DNA from: Prevotella sp.
GTDB taxonomy: Bacteria > Bacteroidota > Bacteroidia > Bacteroidales > Bacteroidaceae
DNA: 64,000 nt
Direction of reading: 5' to 3'
NCBI GenBank assembly: GCA_017395215.1
Contig: JAFPVW010000189.1
Span: 1,473-65,472, forward strand
Part shown: positions 40,114 to 47,727 of the stretch, one piece after another
How the letters are laid out: each line of letters starts with the position of its first letter
Position numbering within the stretch: position 1 is the first letter of the stretch
Translations under genes and position numbers: made by a program
The notes under the pieces: model-generated
What the model was told of the DNA's origin: nothing
The model's input: the letters and a program-made list of their open reading frames with translations, nothing else
Database searches by the model: none

Positions 40114-41352
40114 ATGGCAAGAGTACTAATGATTGGCGCCGGAGGCGTCGCTACGGTGGCTGCGTTCAAGATAGCGCAGAACGCCGACGTGTTTACTGAG
40201 TTTATGATTGCAAGCCGCCGCAAGGTGAAGTGCGACCAGATTGTGGAGGCCATCCACCGCAAGGGCTACACGCTGCCCATCCAGACGGCACAGGTGGATG
40301 CCGACGACGTGGAGCAGCTGAAGGCGCTCTTCGCGGACTACAAGCCCGAACTGGTCATCAACCTCGCCCTGCCCTATCAGGACCTGACTATCATGGATGC
40401 CTGTCTGGCCTGCGGCTGCTCGTATCTCGACACGGCCAACTACGAGCCGAAGGACGAGGCACACTTCGAGTATTCGTGGCAGTGGGCCTACCGCGACCGC
40501 TTCCGCGAGGCCGGGCTGACGGCCATACTCGGCTGCGGCTTCGACCCGGGCGTGACGAGCATCTTCACCGCCTACGCTGCCAAGCACCACTTCCAGGAGA
40601 TGCAGTATCTCGACATCGTCGACTGCAACGCCGGCGACCACCACAAGGCCTTCGCCACCAACTTCAACCCCGAAATCAACATCCGCGAGATTACCCAGAA
40701 GGGTCTCTACTGGGAAGACGGCAAGTGGGTGGAGACCGAGCCGCTGGAAATACACAAGGACCTGACTTATCCCAACATCGGGCCGCGCGACAGCTACCTG
40801 CTCCACCACGAGGAGATCGAGTCGCTGGTCATCAACTACCCGACCATCCGCCGTGCCCGCTTCTGGATGACCTTCGGACAGCAGTATCTGAAACATCTCG
40901 AGGTGATTCAGAACATCGGCATGAGCCGCATCGACGAGGTGGTCTATGAGGCCCCGCTGGCCGACGGCTCGGGCATAGCCAAGGTGAAGATCGTCCCGCT
41001 ACAGTTCCTCAAGGCCGTGCTGCCTAACCCGCAGGACCTCGGCGAGAACTACGAGGGCGAGACCTCAATCGGCTGCCGCATACGCGGTATCGGCAACGAC
41101 GGCCAGGAGCACACCTATTATGTATATAACAACTGCTCGCACCGCGCCGCCTACGAGGAGACGGGTATGCAGGGCGTCAGCTACACCACCGGCGTGCCGG
41201 CCATGATCGGTGCCATGATGTTCTGCAAGGGGCTGTGGCGCAAGCCCGGCGTCTACAACGTCGAGGAGTTCGACCCCGATCCCTTCATGGAGCAGCTCAA
41301 CAAGCAGGGACTTCCCTGGCACGAGATCCACGACGGCGACCTGGAACTGTAG
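40114..41352 (+). CDS. Saccharopine dehydrogenase family / carboxynorspermidine dehydrogenase
   Basis: IGAGGV, ALPYQD, YLDTANYE, GFDPG, FATNFNPEINIRE, VSYTTGVP. Confidence 0.9.
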   Translation: MARVLMIGAGGVATVAAFKIAQNADVFTEFMIASRRKVKCDQIVEAIHRKGYTLPIQTAQVDADDVEQLKALFADYKPELVINLALPYQDLTIMDACLACGCSYLDTANYEPKDEAHFEYSWQWAYRDRFREAGLTAILGCGFDPGVTSIFTAYAAKHHFQEMQYLDIVDCNAGDHHKAFATNFNPEINIREITQKGLYWEDGKWVETEPLEIHKDLTYPNIGPRDSYLLHHEEIESLVINYPTIRRARFWMTFGQQYLKHLEVIQNIGMSRIDEVVYEAPLADGSGIAKVKIVPLQFLKAVLPNPQDLGENYEGETSIGCRIRGIGNDGQEHTYYVYNNCSHRAAYEETGMQGVSYTTGVPAMIGAMMFCKGLWRKPGVYNVEEFDPDPFMEQLNKQGLPWHEIHDGDLEL

Positions 41353-41371
41353 TCATCTCAAACTGTTTTTT

Positions 41372-41638
41372 AATCCGTCACATCCGTCACTTCGCTGGAA
41401 AAGCCTGACAGCCAGACAGATGCGGGGTGACGGATGAAGGTGACGGGTGACGGATACATTCACGGGCGGTGAACAATTGTTCACCGCCCGTGAATGTATG
41501 TGAGTAGCCACGTCAACCAGCCAGCTCTCATCATGACCGAAGCCGGCAAAGGCCATCCGTCACCCGTCACCCATATCCGTCACCCCGTAACCGTCTTATT
41601 ATGAGTACGATAGGAGGAAAGTGACGGAATGACGGATT
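41372..41638. mobile_element. Gene-less MITE-like element with iteron-rich inverted arms and a perfect 46-bp palindrome
   Basis: 41372-41392 inverts to 41619-41638; 41423-41455 inverts to 41555-41587; perfect palindrome 41454-41499; ten TGACGG/CCGTCA units. The repeats are directly visible; mobility is inferred. Confidence 0.7.
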
Positions 41639-41647
41639 TTTTCTTTC

Positions 41648-42004
41648 TTAATCTATTGATTCAACAGCAAACCCCAACTCCTGCGCCATCTTGCGGATGA
41701 CGCTCAGGTCGACGGTGTCGGCATCCTGCTTGTCGTAGATTGTGAGCAGGGCTATGCGCCCGTTACTTTCGTCAACGATGGCCATGGCGGTAATGACGCG
41801 AGCACTACCCGACTTGCCACGACCCTTCGAAGCGATGGCCATACGGATCTTGCGGATGCCGGGGCAGAGTTCGGCTCCCTGGTAGGGATTCTTTTGGAGA
41901 CTTTCAAGGAAGTCTTCGTAATCGTCGGCTATGCTACGGTAGCGTTTGGCAAGCCGTTTGATAGACCTGTCAAACTCACTATGCCTGGATATTTCGTAAC
42001 TCAT
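41648..42004 (-). CDS. RelE/ParE-family toxin
   Basis: FDRSIKRLAKRY, RKIRMAIASKGRGKSGSARVI, LLTIYDK. Confidence 0.88.
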   Translation of the reverse strand: MSYEISRHSEFDRSIKRLAKRYRSIADDYEDFLESLQKNPYQGAELCPGIRKIRMAIASKGRGKSGSARVITAMAIVDESNGRIALLTIYDKQDADTVDLSVIRKMAQELGFAVESID

Positions 42005-42257
42005 CGATTAGTTCTTCTGCGGGTCGAAACTTGTCAGATTTCCCTCTCTCAAGATACTCTTTCCAGTCCTTCAAGGCGCGGCACACCTCTTCGGTCACGT
42101 TGCGCCGGGGCTTGGCGCCTTTCTTTTCGGCGGTCTTTACTGGCTTCAGGCTGTAGCTGCCTTGGCGCGACCGCACGACGACGTGCTCGCCGCTGTCAGC
42201 CAAGGCGAAGAACTTTGTCATGTTGGCACGGAAGTCGGTTGTTGATACTACTGTCAT
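41979..42257 (-). CDS. Phd/YefM-family antitoxin
   Basis: MTVVSTTDFRANMTKFFALADSGEHVVV; overlaps the toxin; own promoter TACCTTTG near 42283-42290. Confidence 0.82.
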   Translation of the reverse strand: MTVVSTTDFRANMTKFFALADSGEHVVVRSRQGSYSLKPVKTAEKKGAKPRRNVTEEVCRALKDWKEYLERGKSDKFRPAEELIDELRNIQA

Positions 42258-42339
42258 GATTACGCAATATTGGTTATCGGTGCAAAGGTACGAAAAAACA
42301 ATCAGAGAACAAAATAAAATAGAATAAACTTCGAAACGC

Positions 42340-45078
42340 CTACCTTTTTTCGTCAATAACAATCCGGAGGGTGTCGCCATCGATGGTGATGTCGCGGCTA
42401 TAGTTGCGCAGGATGGTGGCGGCAATGTTCTGGTCGTCGGCATTGAACGCATCAGGATTGATGGGCTGCGGACTGTTGACGGTCATCTGCAGCATGTCAT
42501 CCTGCTCAGCGTAGGCCAGCGTGAGGCGGGTGCCAGAGGCCGTGCCGAGGATGGTCAGCGACTCGTCAATGACATGACAGACGCTGTCAATCTGCTGGCG
42601 CGACAGGTTGTAGTGCTGGCAGAACTGCTCCATCTGCGCCACCATAGCAAACCAATCGAAATGCTCGCTCTCGATGAGGAACGTCGTCTCGTGGATCTGC
42701 CTGATGAACTTCTGGGTGCGTTCGCGCTGCGGATGGTCGAAGAGCTGGTCGGGCGTGCCGTCCTCGTAGACCACGCCATCGGCGAAGAACAGTACACGGC
42801 TGCTCACCTGACGGGCAAAGCGCATCTCGTGGGTGACGACAATCATGGTCATGCCCTTCCGGGCCAGCCGCGTCATCACGCCTAACACCTCGCTCACCAT
42901 CGTGGGGTCGAGGGCGGAGGTCGGCTCGTCGAAGAGCAGAATCTCAGGTTCCATGGCGAGGGCACGGGCAATGGCGACGCGCTGCTTCTGTCCGCCGGAG
43001 AGCTGGTCGGGCATGGCATCGGCACGCTCGGCCAGTCCCACCATGTCGAGCAGCTGGCGCGCCTTCTGCTCGGCCTCCTCACGGCTCTTGCCAAGCAGCT
43101 GCATGGGCGAGAAGGTGATGTTGTCGAGCACCGACATACCATTGAACAGGTTGAACGACTGGAATACCATGCCCATGTGCCGACGAAGCAGGGGCACGTC
43201 GGCATCGGGAGCCAGAATGTCCTGTCCGTCGATGAGGATACTGCCGCTGGTGGGATGCTCCAACAGGTTCAGGCAGCGCAGGAAGGTGCTCTTACCGGTG
43301 CCTGAAGGCCCGATAATGGAGATGACCTCACCCCGGTGTACGTCGAGGTTGATGTCGCGCAGCACATCGAACGTGTCGAAGCTCTTCTTCAGATGTGATA
43401 TGCGTATGAGGTCGGTCCCCTGCCCCGCCCCAGCGGTGGTAAGGTTGGGTTGTGACGTTGGGCGGCGTTTGCGACGCAGTATGAACCAGGCGCCGCTACC
43501 TATTAAAATAAGAAGGAGAACCACGGCCCCGCGGAGCATACCACTCCCCTCACCCTCAGGCAGGGGCTGGGAGTGAGTATCCTGCGTAAGTAGCCCCGCT
43601 TCGCCTTTCCGCGTGATGAGCACTATGTGGGAGTCAATATATCCGTCGGAGAAGAGCACTTGCTTCTGTCGCTCCTCGGTGATGCTGATAGCGCCCATGG
43701 CCATGTCGGCCTTACCCGTCTGCACGGCTGGTATCTGCGAGGCGAAGTCCATCACGAGGTACTCCAATTGCCAGTTGCGCCGGTTGGCCCACTCGGTCAT
43801 GATGTCGATTTCCAGTCCTGACGGTTTCCCAGAGCTGATGAAGTTGAAGGGAGGCATGGCCGGATAGGTGGCTATGCGCACCGTGCGCCCCGTGCCGTGC
43901 TGCTGGGGAACGGCCATTTCCGAAGGGCTTTCGGCATTAGTCCAGCGGTCAAGTATCTGCTGGTAGGTGCCGTCGCGCCGGATGTCGGCCAGGAAACTGT
44001 TAAAGTCCTGCTGCAGCTGGGTATTGTCGGGCCGGAAGCAGGCGCCTATCGGAATAGGTGTCAGCCCGGTGCCTACCGAGTCGACCTTTGCTGCTATCTC
44101 CTTGCTGAATATCAGCGTCAGGCTTTCGCTGCCCGCCACATCAACCTTGCCGGTCTCTAAGGCGGCCAGCAAGTCGGTGGTGGAGGCCACGCGCAGAATA
44201 TTGGCATCGGGCGACATATCGGTGACGGCAATGTCCTGTATGCTACCGATGATGACGCCGACATTCTTGCCCGACAGAGCCTTGAAGACGGGAGGCGTCG
44301 ATGACTGTCGGGCAGCAGCGTCAGCCGCCGGGCCAGTCTCACCGCCTGACACCAGCGCTGGCACGTAGCCCGCCACACCGAGAAGCATCAACGCGAGAGC
44401 TGCAACTACGGCCTTCGCACGCTGCCGCTGCACCAGTGACATCAGCAGCAGTCCGATGAGCCACGCCACGAGGAAATAGATGATGGCCGTCACGAGAAGG
44501 GGGAAGAAGGCGTCGAAGGTGCGCGAGCGTATCAGGTCGGAGGCGCGCGTCATGTCGGCCACGGCAATGTAGCCCACGATGCTGGTACCCTTCAGCAGGC
44601 TCACCACCTCGCCCTGATAGACGGGCATGACGGCCCTGACGACCTGCGGCATCACGATCTTGAAGAACGTCTGCCGCTGCGTGAAGCCTAAGGCGAGGCC
44701 CGCCTCGGTCTGTCCGCGCTCGATGCCCTGGATGGTGGTGCGCAGCATCTCGCTGATATAGGCTGCCGTGTTCATGGCAAAGGTGACGATGGCCACCACA
44801 ATGCCCGTAGCGTCGAGCGGAGCCATCACGACATAGTACATCAGCATGAGCAGCACCAGCACGGGCGTTCCGCGCATCAGGTCGATATAGACACTGGCAA
44901 CACGCCGGAGCCACTTCCGCCGGTTCATGCGCATCCAGCACACCAGACCACCCAGCACCGTGCCTAACAGCACAGCGCAGAGGGTGATGAGCAGCGTAAC
45001 CTGAAGACCGTCGAGAATCATTCTGTAACGGTCCTCCACGATGAGGTTGTTGGTAAAACTCTCAATTATCTGTTTCAT
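42340..45078 (-). CDS. Fused polar amino acid ABC transporter (permease + substrate-binding + ATPase + C-terminal domain)
   Basis: RGTP, AAYISE..R..IQGI..GQ.EA permease; SBP motifs; GPSGTGKST, LSGGQKQR, LFDEPTSALD, VTHEM. Confidence 0.9.
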   Translation of the reverse strand: MKQIIESFTNNLIVEDRYRMILDGLQVTLLITLCAVLLGTVLGGLVCWMRMNRRKWLRRVASVYIDLMRGTPVLVLLMLMYYVVMAPLDATGIVVAIVTFAMNTAAYISEMLRTTIQGIERGQTEAGLALGFTQRQTFFKIVMPQVVRAVMPVYQGEVVSLLKGTSIVGYIAVADMTRASDLIRSRTFDAFFPLLVTAIIYFLVAWLIGLLLMSLVQRQRAKAVVAALALMLLGVAGYVPALVSGGETGPAADAAARQSSTPPVFKALSGKNVGVIIGSIQDIAVTDMSPDANILRVASTTDLLAALETGKVDVAGSESLTLIFSKEIAAKVDSVGTGLTPIPIGACFRPDNTQLQQDFNSFLADIRRDGTYQQILDRWTNAESPSEMAVPQQHGTGRTVRIATYPAMPPFNFISSGKPSGLEIDIMTEWANRRNWQLEYLVMDFASQIPAVQTGKADMAMGAISITEERQKQVLFSDGYIDSHIVLITRKGEAGLLTQDTHSQPLPEGEGSGMLRGAVVLLLILIGSGAWFILRRKRRPTSQPNLTTAGAGQGTDLIRISHLKKSFDTFDVLRDINLDVHRGEVISIIGPSGTGKSTFLRCLNLLEHPTSGSILIDGQDILAPDADVPLLRRHMGMVFQSFNLFNGMSVLDNITFSPMQLLGKSREEAEQKARQLLDMVGLAERADAMPDQLSGGQKQRVAIARALAMEPEILLFDEPTSALDPTMVSEVLGVMTRLARKGMTMIVVTHEMRFARQVSSRVLFFADGVVYEDGTPDQLFDHPQRERTQKFIRQIHETTFLIESEHFDWFAMVAQMEQFCQHYNLSRQQIDSVCHVIDESLTILGTASGTRLTLAYAEQDDMLQMTVNSPQPINPDAFNADDQNIAATILRNYSRDITIDGDTLRIVIDEKR

Positions 45079-45671
45079 GGTCTTTTCTGTGATTTCTTTG
45101 TAAACACCCGGTTGACGAGTTCTTCAAACTCCTTGTAGGCAACTGTGTCGTGAAGCTCACGAAGGGCATCGGCCAGTCCCCGATAGTGCCACTCATGCTC
45201 GCGGGGGTCGCTGGTACGGAAGAGGTTCCAGAGAGCATCGCCCTGCACGGCATAGTCACGGGCAATGGCCCGCATATTGGAGAGCTTGTCGCCCAGGGCC
45301 ACAATCTTGGCATCGCGCGAGGCACGAGCCAGACGGTCGATGGCGGCCTGCTTGCGGGCATGCCACCTGTCCTCCTCGCTCACGCCCTCCTGGAAGGTGT
45401 CAGTCTCAGAGGCTACCAGTGAGGCAACACGGTCGCCGAACTCCACGCGCAGCTGCTCGATGCTGACGCTGGTATCCTCCACAATGTCGTGCAGGGCGGC
45501 AGCTGCCAGCAGTTCCTGGTCGGAAGTCATCGTGGCTACGATTCCGACGGCCTCTAAGGGATGAACGATATAGGGAACCCCCTTGCCGCGCCGCTCTGTC
45601 CCGGCATGGGCGCGGACAGCGAAAATGATGGCGCGGTCCAGCAGTTCGGTATCTAACGGTCTGTTTGCCAT
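45075..45671 (-). CDS. HD-domain protein, small alarmone hydrolase (Mesh1-like)
   Basis: AHAGTERRG, PYIVHP, LHDIVEDT, GDKLSNMR resemble the RSH hydrolase domain, with no synthetase domain. Confidence 0.85.
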   Translation of the reverse strand: MANRPLDTELLDRAIIFAVRAHAGTERRGKGVPYIVHPLEAVGIVATMTSDQELLAAAALHDIVEDTSVSIEQLRVEFGDRVASLVASETDTFQEGVSEEDRWHARKQAAIDRLARASRDAKIVALGDKLSNMRAIARDYAVQGDALWNLFRTSDPREHEWHYRGLADALRELHDTVAYKEFEELVNRVFTKKSQKRP

Positions 45672-45974
45672 TTACACTAACTCGAAGATATTGCTGAAGC
45701 CTGTGATGGCAAAGATGGTGCGGACTTTGTCATTGACGTTCTTGATATAGACGTGCCCGCCCTTCTCCTGGGCATTTTGCAGAATGCCAAGGAAGATGCG
45801 CAGCCCTGCCGACGAAATGTATTCAAGGCCTGTGCAATCTATAATGATGTCCTTTCCCTCCACATCATTCAGTGGACTCAAAGCCTTTTCAGCTTCGGGG
45901 GCAGCAGCAGTGTCGAGACTGCCCTCTAGAATGGCAACAATGTTACCGTCTTGCTCTCGAATTATTGTTTTCAT
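45672..45974 (-). CDS. STAS-domain anti-sigma factor antagonist
   Basis: LEGSLDT, LEYISSAGLR, IFAITGF. Confidence 0.9.
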   Translation of the reverse strand: MKTIIREQDGNIVAILEGSLDTAAAPEAEKALSPLNDVEGKDIIIDCTGLEYISSAGLRIFLGILQNAQEKGGHVYIKNVNDKVRTIFAITGFSNIFELV

Positions 45975-46044
45975 TGTCTGCTTTATTATGTACTAAAAGA
46001 AAAAACCGCTAAGTGCTTTTGAAGCCTCTTAGCGATTCTTTCTG

Positions 46045-46117
46045 TCGGGATTACTGGACTCGAACCAGCGACCTCGCGCCCCCCAGACGTGTGCGCTACC
46101 AACTGCGCTAAATCCCG
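46045..46117 (-). tRNA. tRNA-Pro (GGG)
   Basis: CGGGATTTAGCGCAGTTGGTAGCGCA...CTGGGGG...GGTTCGAGTCC cloverleaf. Confidence 0.95.
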
Positions 46118-46263
46118 ATCCTTTTTAGCTTGGCATCTGACCTTTCTTGTCGAATGCGGGTGCAAAAGTACGGACTTTTTTCGACATTTGCAAATTTTAT
46201 GGGAACTTTTTTTGTTTTTTCTTGTTATTCTTGTAACTTTGCACGCAAATTAAGCGCAAAACC

Positions 46264-47511
46264 ATGCAATATACGATAAAAGCACCCACTAAACTGAACA
46301 CAAACATTTCGTTGCCTGCCTCGAAAAGTATCTCTAATCGTGCACTCATTATATACGCCTTGAGCGGGGGAAGCAGGCTGCCGCAGAACCTCAGCGACTG
46401 CGACGACACGAACGTCATCATCAATGCTATACGTTACATGCCCGACATCATCGATATCAGGGCGGCCGGAACTGCCATGCGTTTCATGACGGCCTACCTG
46501 AGCGTGATGCGCGGCACCCACGTCATTACAGGGACGGAGCGCATGAAGCACCGCCCCATCGGCGTACTTGTCGACGCGCTGCGCAGACTGGGAGCGGAAA
46601 TCTCGTACGAAGGAGAAGAAGGATTCCCCCCGCTGCGCATTACCGGCAACACGCTGACAGGCGGAGTCCTGGAGATTCCCGGCAATATCAGCTCGCAGTA
46701 TATCTCGGCAGTGCTGATGATAGGGGCTGTTCTGAAGGAGGGCTTGGAGCTGCACCTGACGGGCGACATCATCTCGCGGCCATACATCGACCTGACGCTT
46801 TGGATGATGCGCGAGTTTGGCGCCGACGCCGAGTGGAGTGGCGGCGACACCATCAGCGTGAAGCCTCAGCCATACAAGAACATTGCCTATTTCATAGAGA
46901 ACGACTGGAGCGGAGCCGGCTACTGGTACGAGATGGTGGCTTTGTCGAAGGACCGCGATGCGACGGTACAGCTGTCGGGACTGATGGACGGCTCCAAACA
47001 GGGCGACTCCGTGGTGAAGTACATCTTCAGCCTGTTGGGCGTAAAGACCATCTTCCAGTCGAAGAAAGAGGGGCAACTTCAGACGGTAACGCTTAAGAAG
47101 AGCGGCCGCTGCGTGCCCCGGCTGGAGTACGACTTCGTCAATTCGCCCGACCTTGCCCAGACCGTCATCGCAACGTGTTGCGGCTTAGGGGTGCCCTTCC
47201 ACTTCAAGGGACTGTCTACGCTGAAGATCAAGGAAACAGACCGCATAGATGCCATGAAGCGTGAAATGCTGAAGTTGGGTTATGTGCTTCAGGACTTAAA
47301 CGGCAGTGAGCTGAAGTGGGACGGTACCCGCTGCCAGCCCTTGCCGCAAGCCGTCATCGGCACCTACGAAGACCACCGCATGGCCCTCTCGTTTGCCCCG
47401 CTCAGCCTGCGCCAGCCTGTCACCATCAGCCAGCCTCAGGTTGTGACGAAGTCATACCCACATTACTGGGAGGATATGAAAAAAGCGGGCTTTGATATTG
47501 TCGAAACATAA
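46264..47511 (+). CDS. aroA: EPSP synthase
   Basis: SKSISNR, AGTAMRF, SSQYISA, KETDRI, DHRMA. Confidence 0.96.
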   Translation: MQYTIKAPTKLNTNISLPASKSISNRALIIYALSGGSRLPQNLSDCDDTNVIINAIRYMPDIIDIRAAGTAMRFMTAYLSVMRGTHVITGTERMKHRPIGVLVDALRRLGAEISYEGEEGFPPLRITGNTLTGGVLEIPGNISSQYISAVLMIGAVLKEGLELHLTGDIISRPYIDLTLWMMREFGADAEWSGGDTISVKPQPYKNIAYFIENDWSGAGYWYEMVALSKDRDATVQLSGLMDGSKQGDSVVKYIFSLLGVKTIFQSKKEGQLQTVTLKKSGRCVPRLEYDFVNSPDLAQTVIATCCGLGVPFHFKGLSTLKIKETDRIDAMKREMLKLGYVLQDLNGSELKWDGTRCQPLPQAVIGTYEDHRMALSFAPLSLRQPVTISQPQVVTKSYPHYWEDMKKAGFDIVET

Positions 47512-47517
47512 TAAAAC

Positions 47518-47727
47518 ATGAGTTTTGCCGTTCTTTGTATAAGTGCTCTTGCCATTTTGGGCATCGTGGCTGCCATAGCCTCCTACTTTCAAGGCGGAGA
47601 CGACGCGGTAACGACAGGACACGACTGCAGCTCATGCACGTCGGCCAGCGAAGGTTCATGTAAGCTGCACTGCCTGATGGAAGAGAGGAAGGAAAAAGAA
47701 TGCGCAGAACCACATACCTCTTTATAA
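47518..47727 (+). CDS. Small Cys-rich membrane protein
   Basis: TM helix plus CSSC...CKLHC, co-oriented between aroA and the TPR gene. Confidence 0.6.
   Translation: MSFAVLCISALAILGIVAAIASYFQGGDDAVTTGHDCSSCTSASEGSCKLHCLMEERKEKECAEPHTSL

Noticed and set aside
41372-46117. tRNA-Pro-integrated genomic island
   Set aside because: No duplicated tRNA 3' end or integrase seen; GC content is host-like
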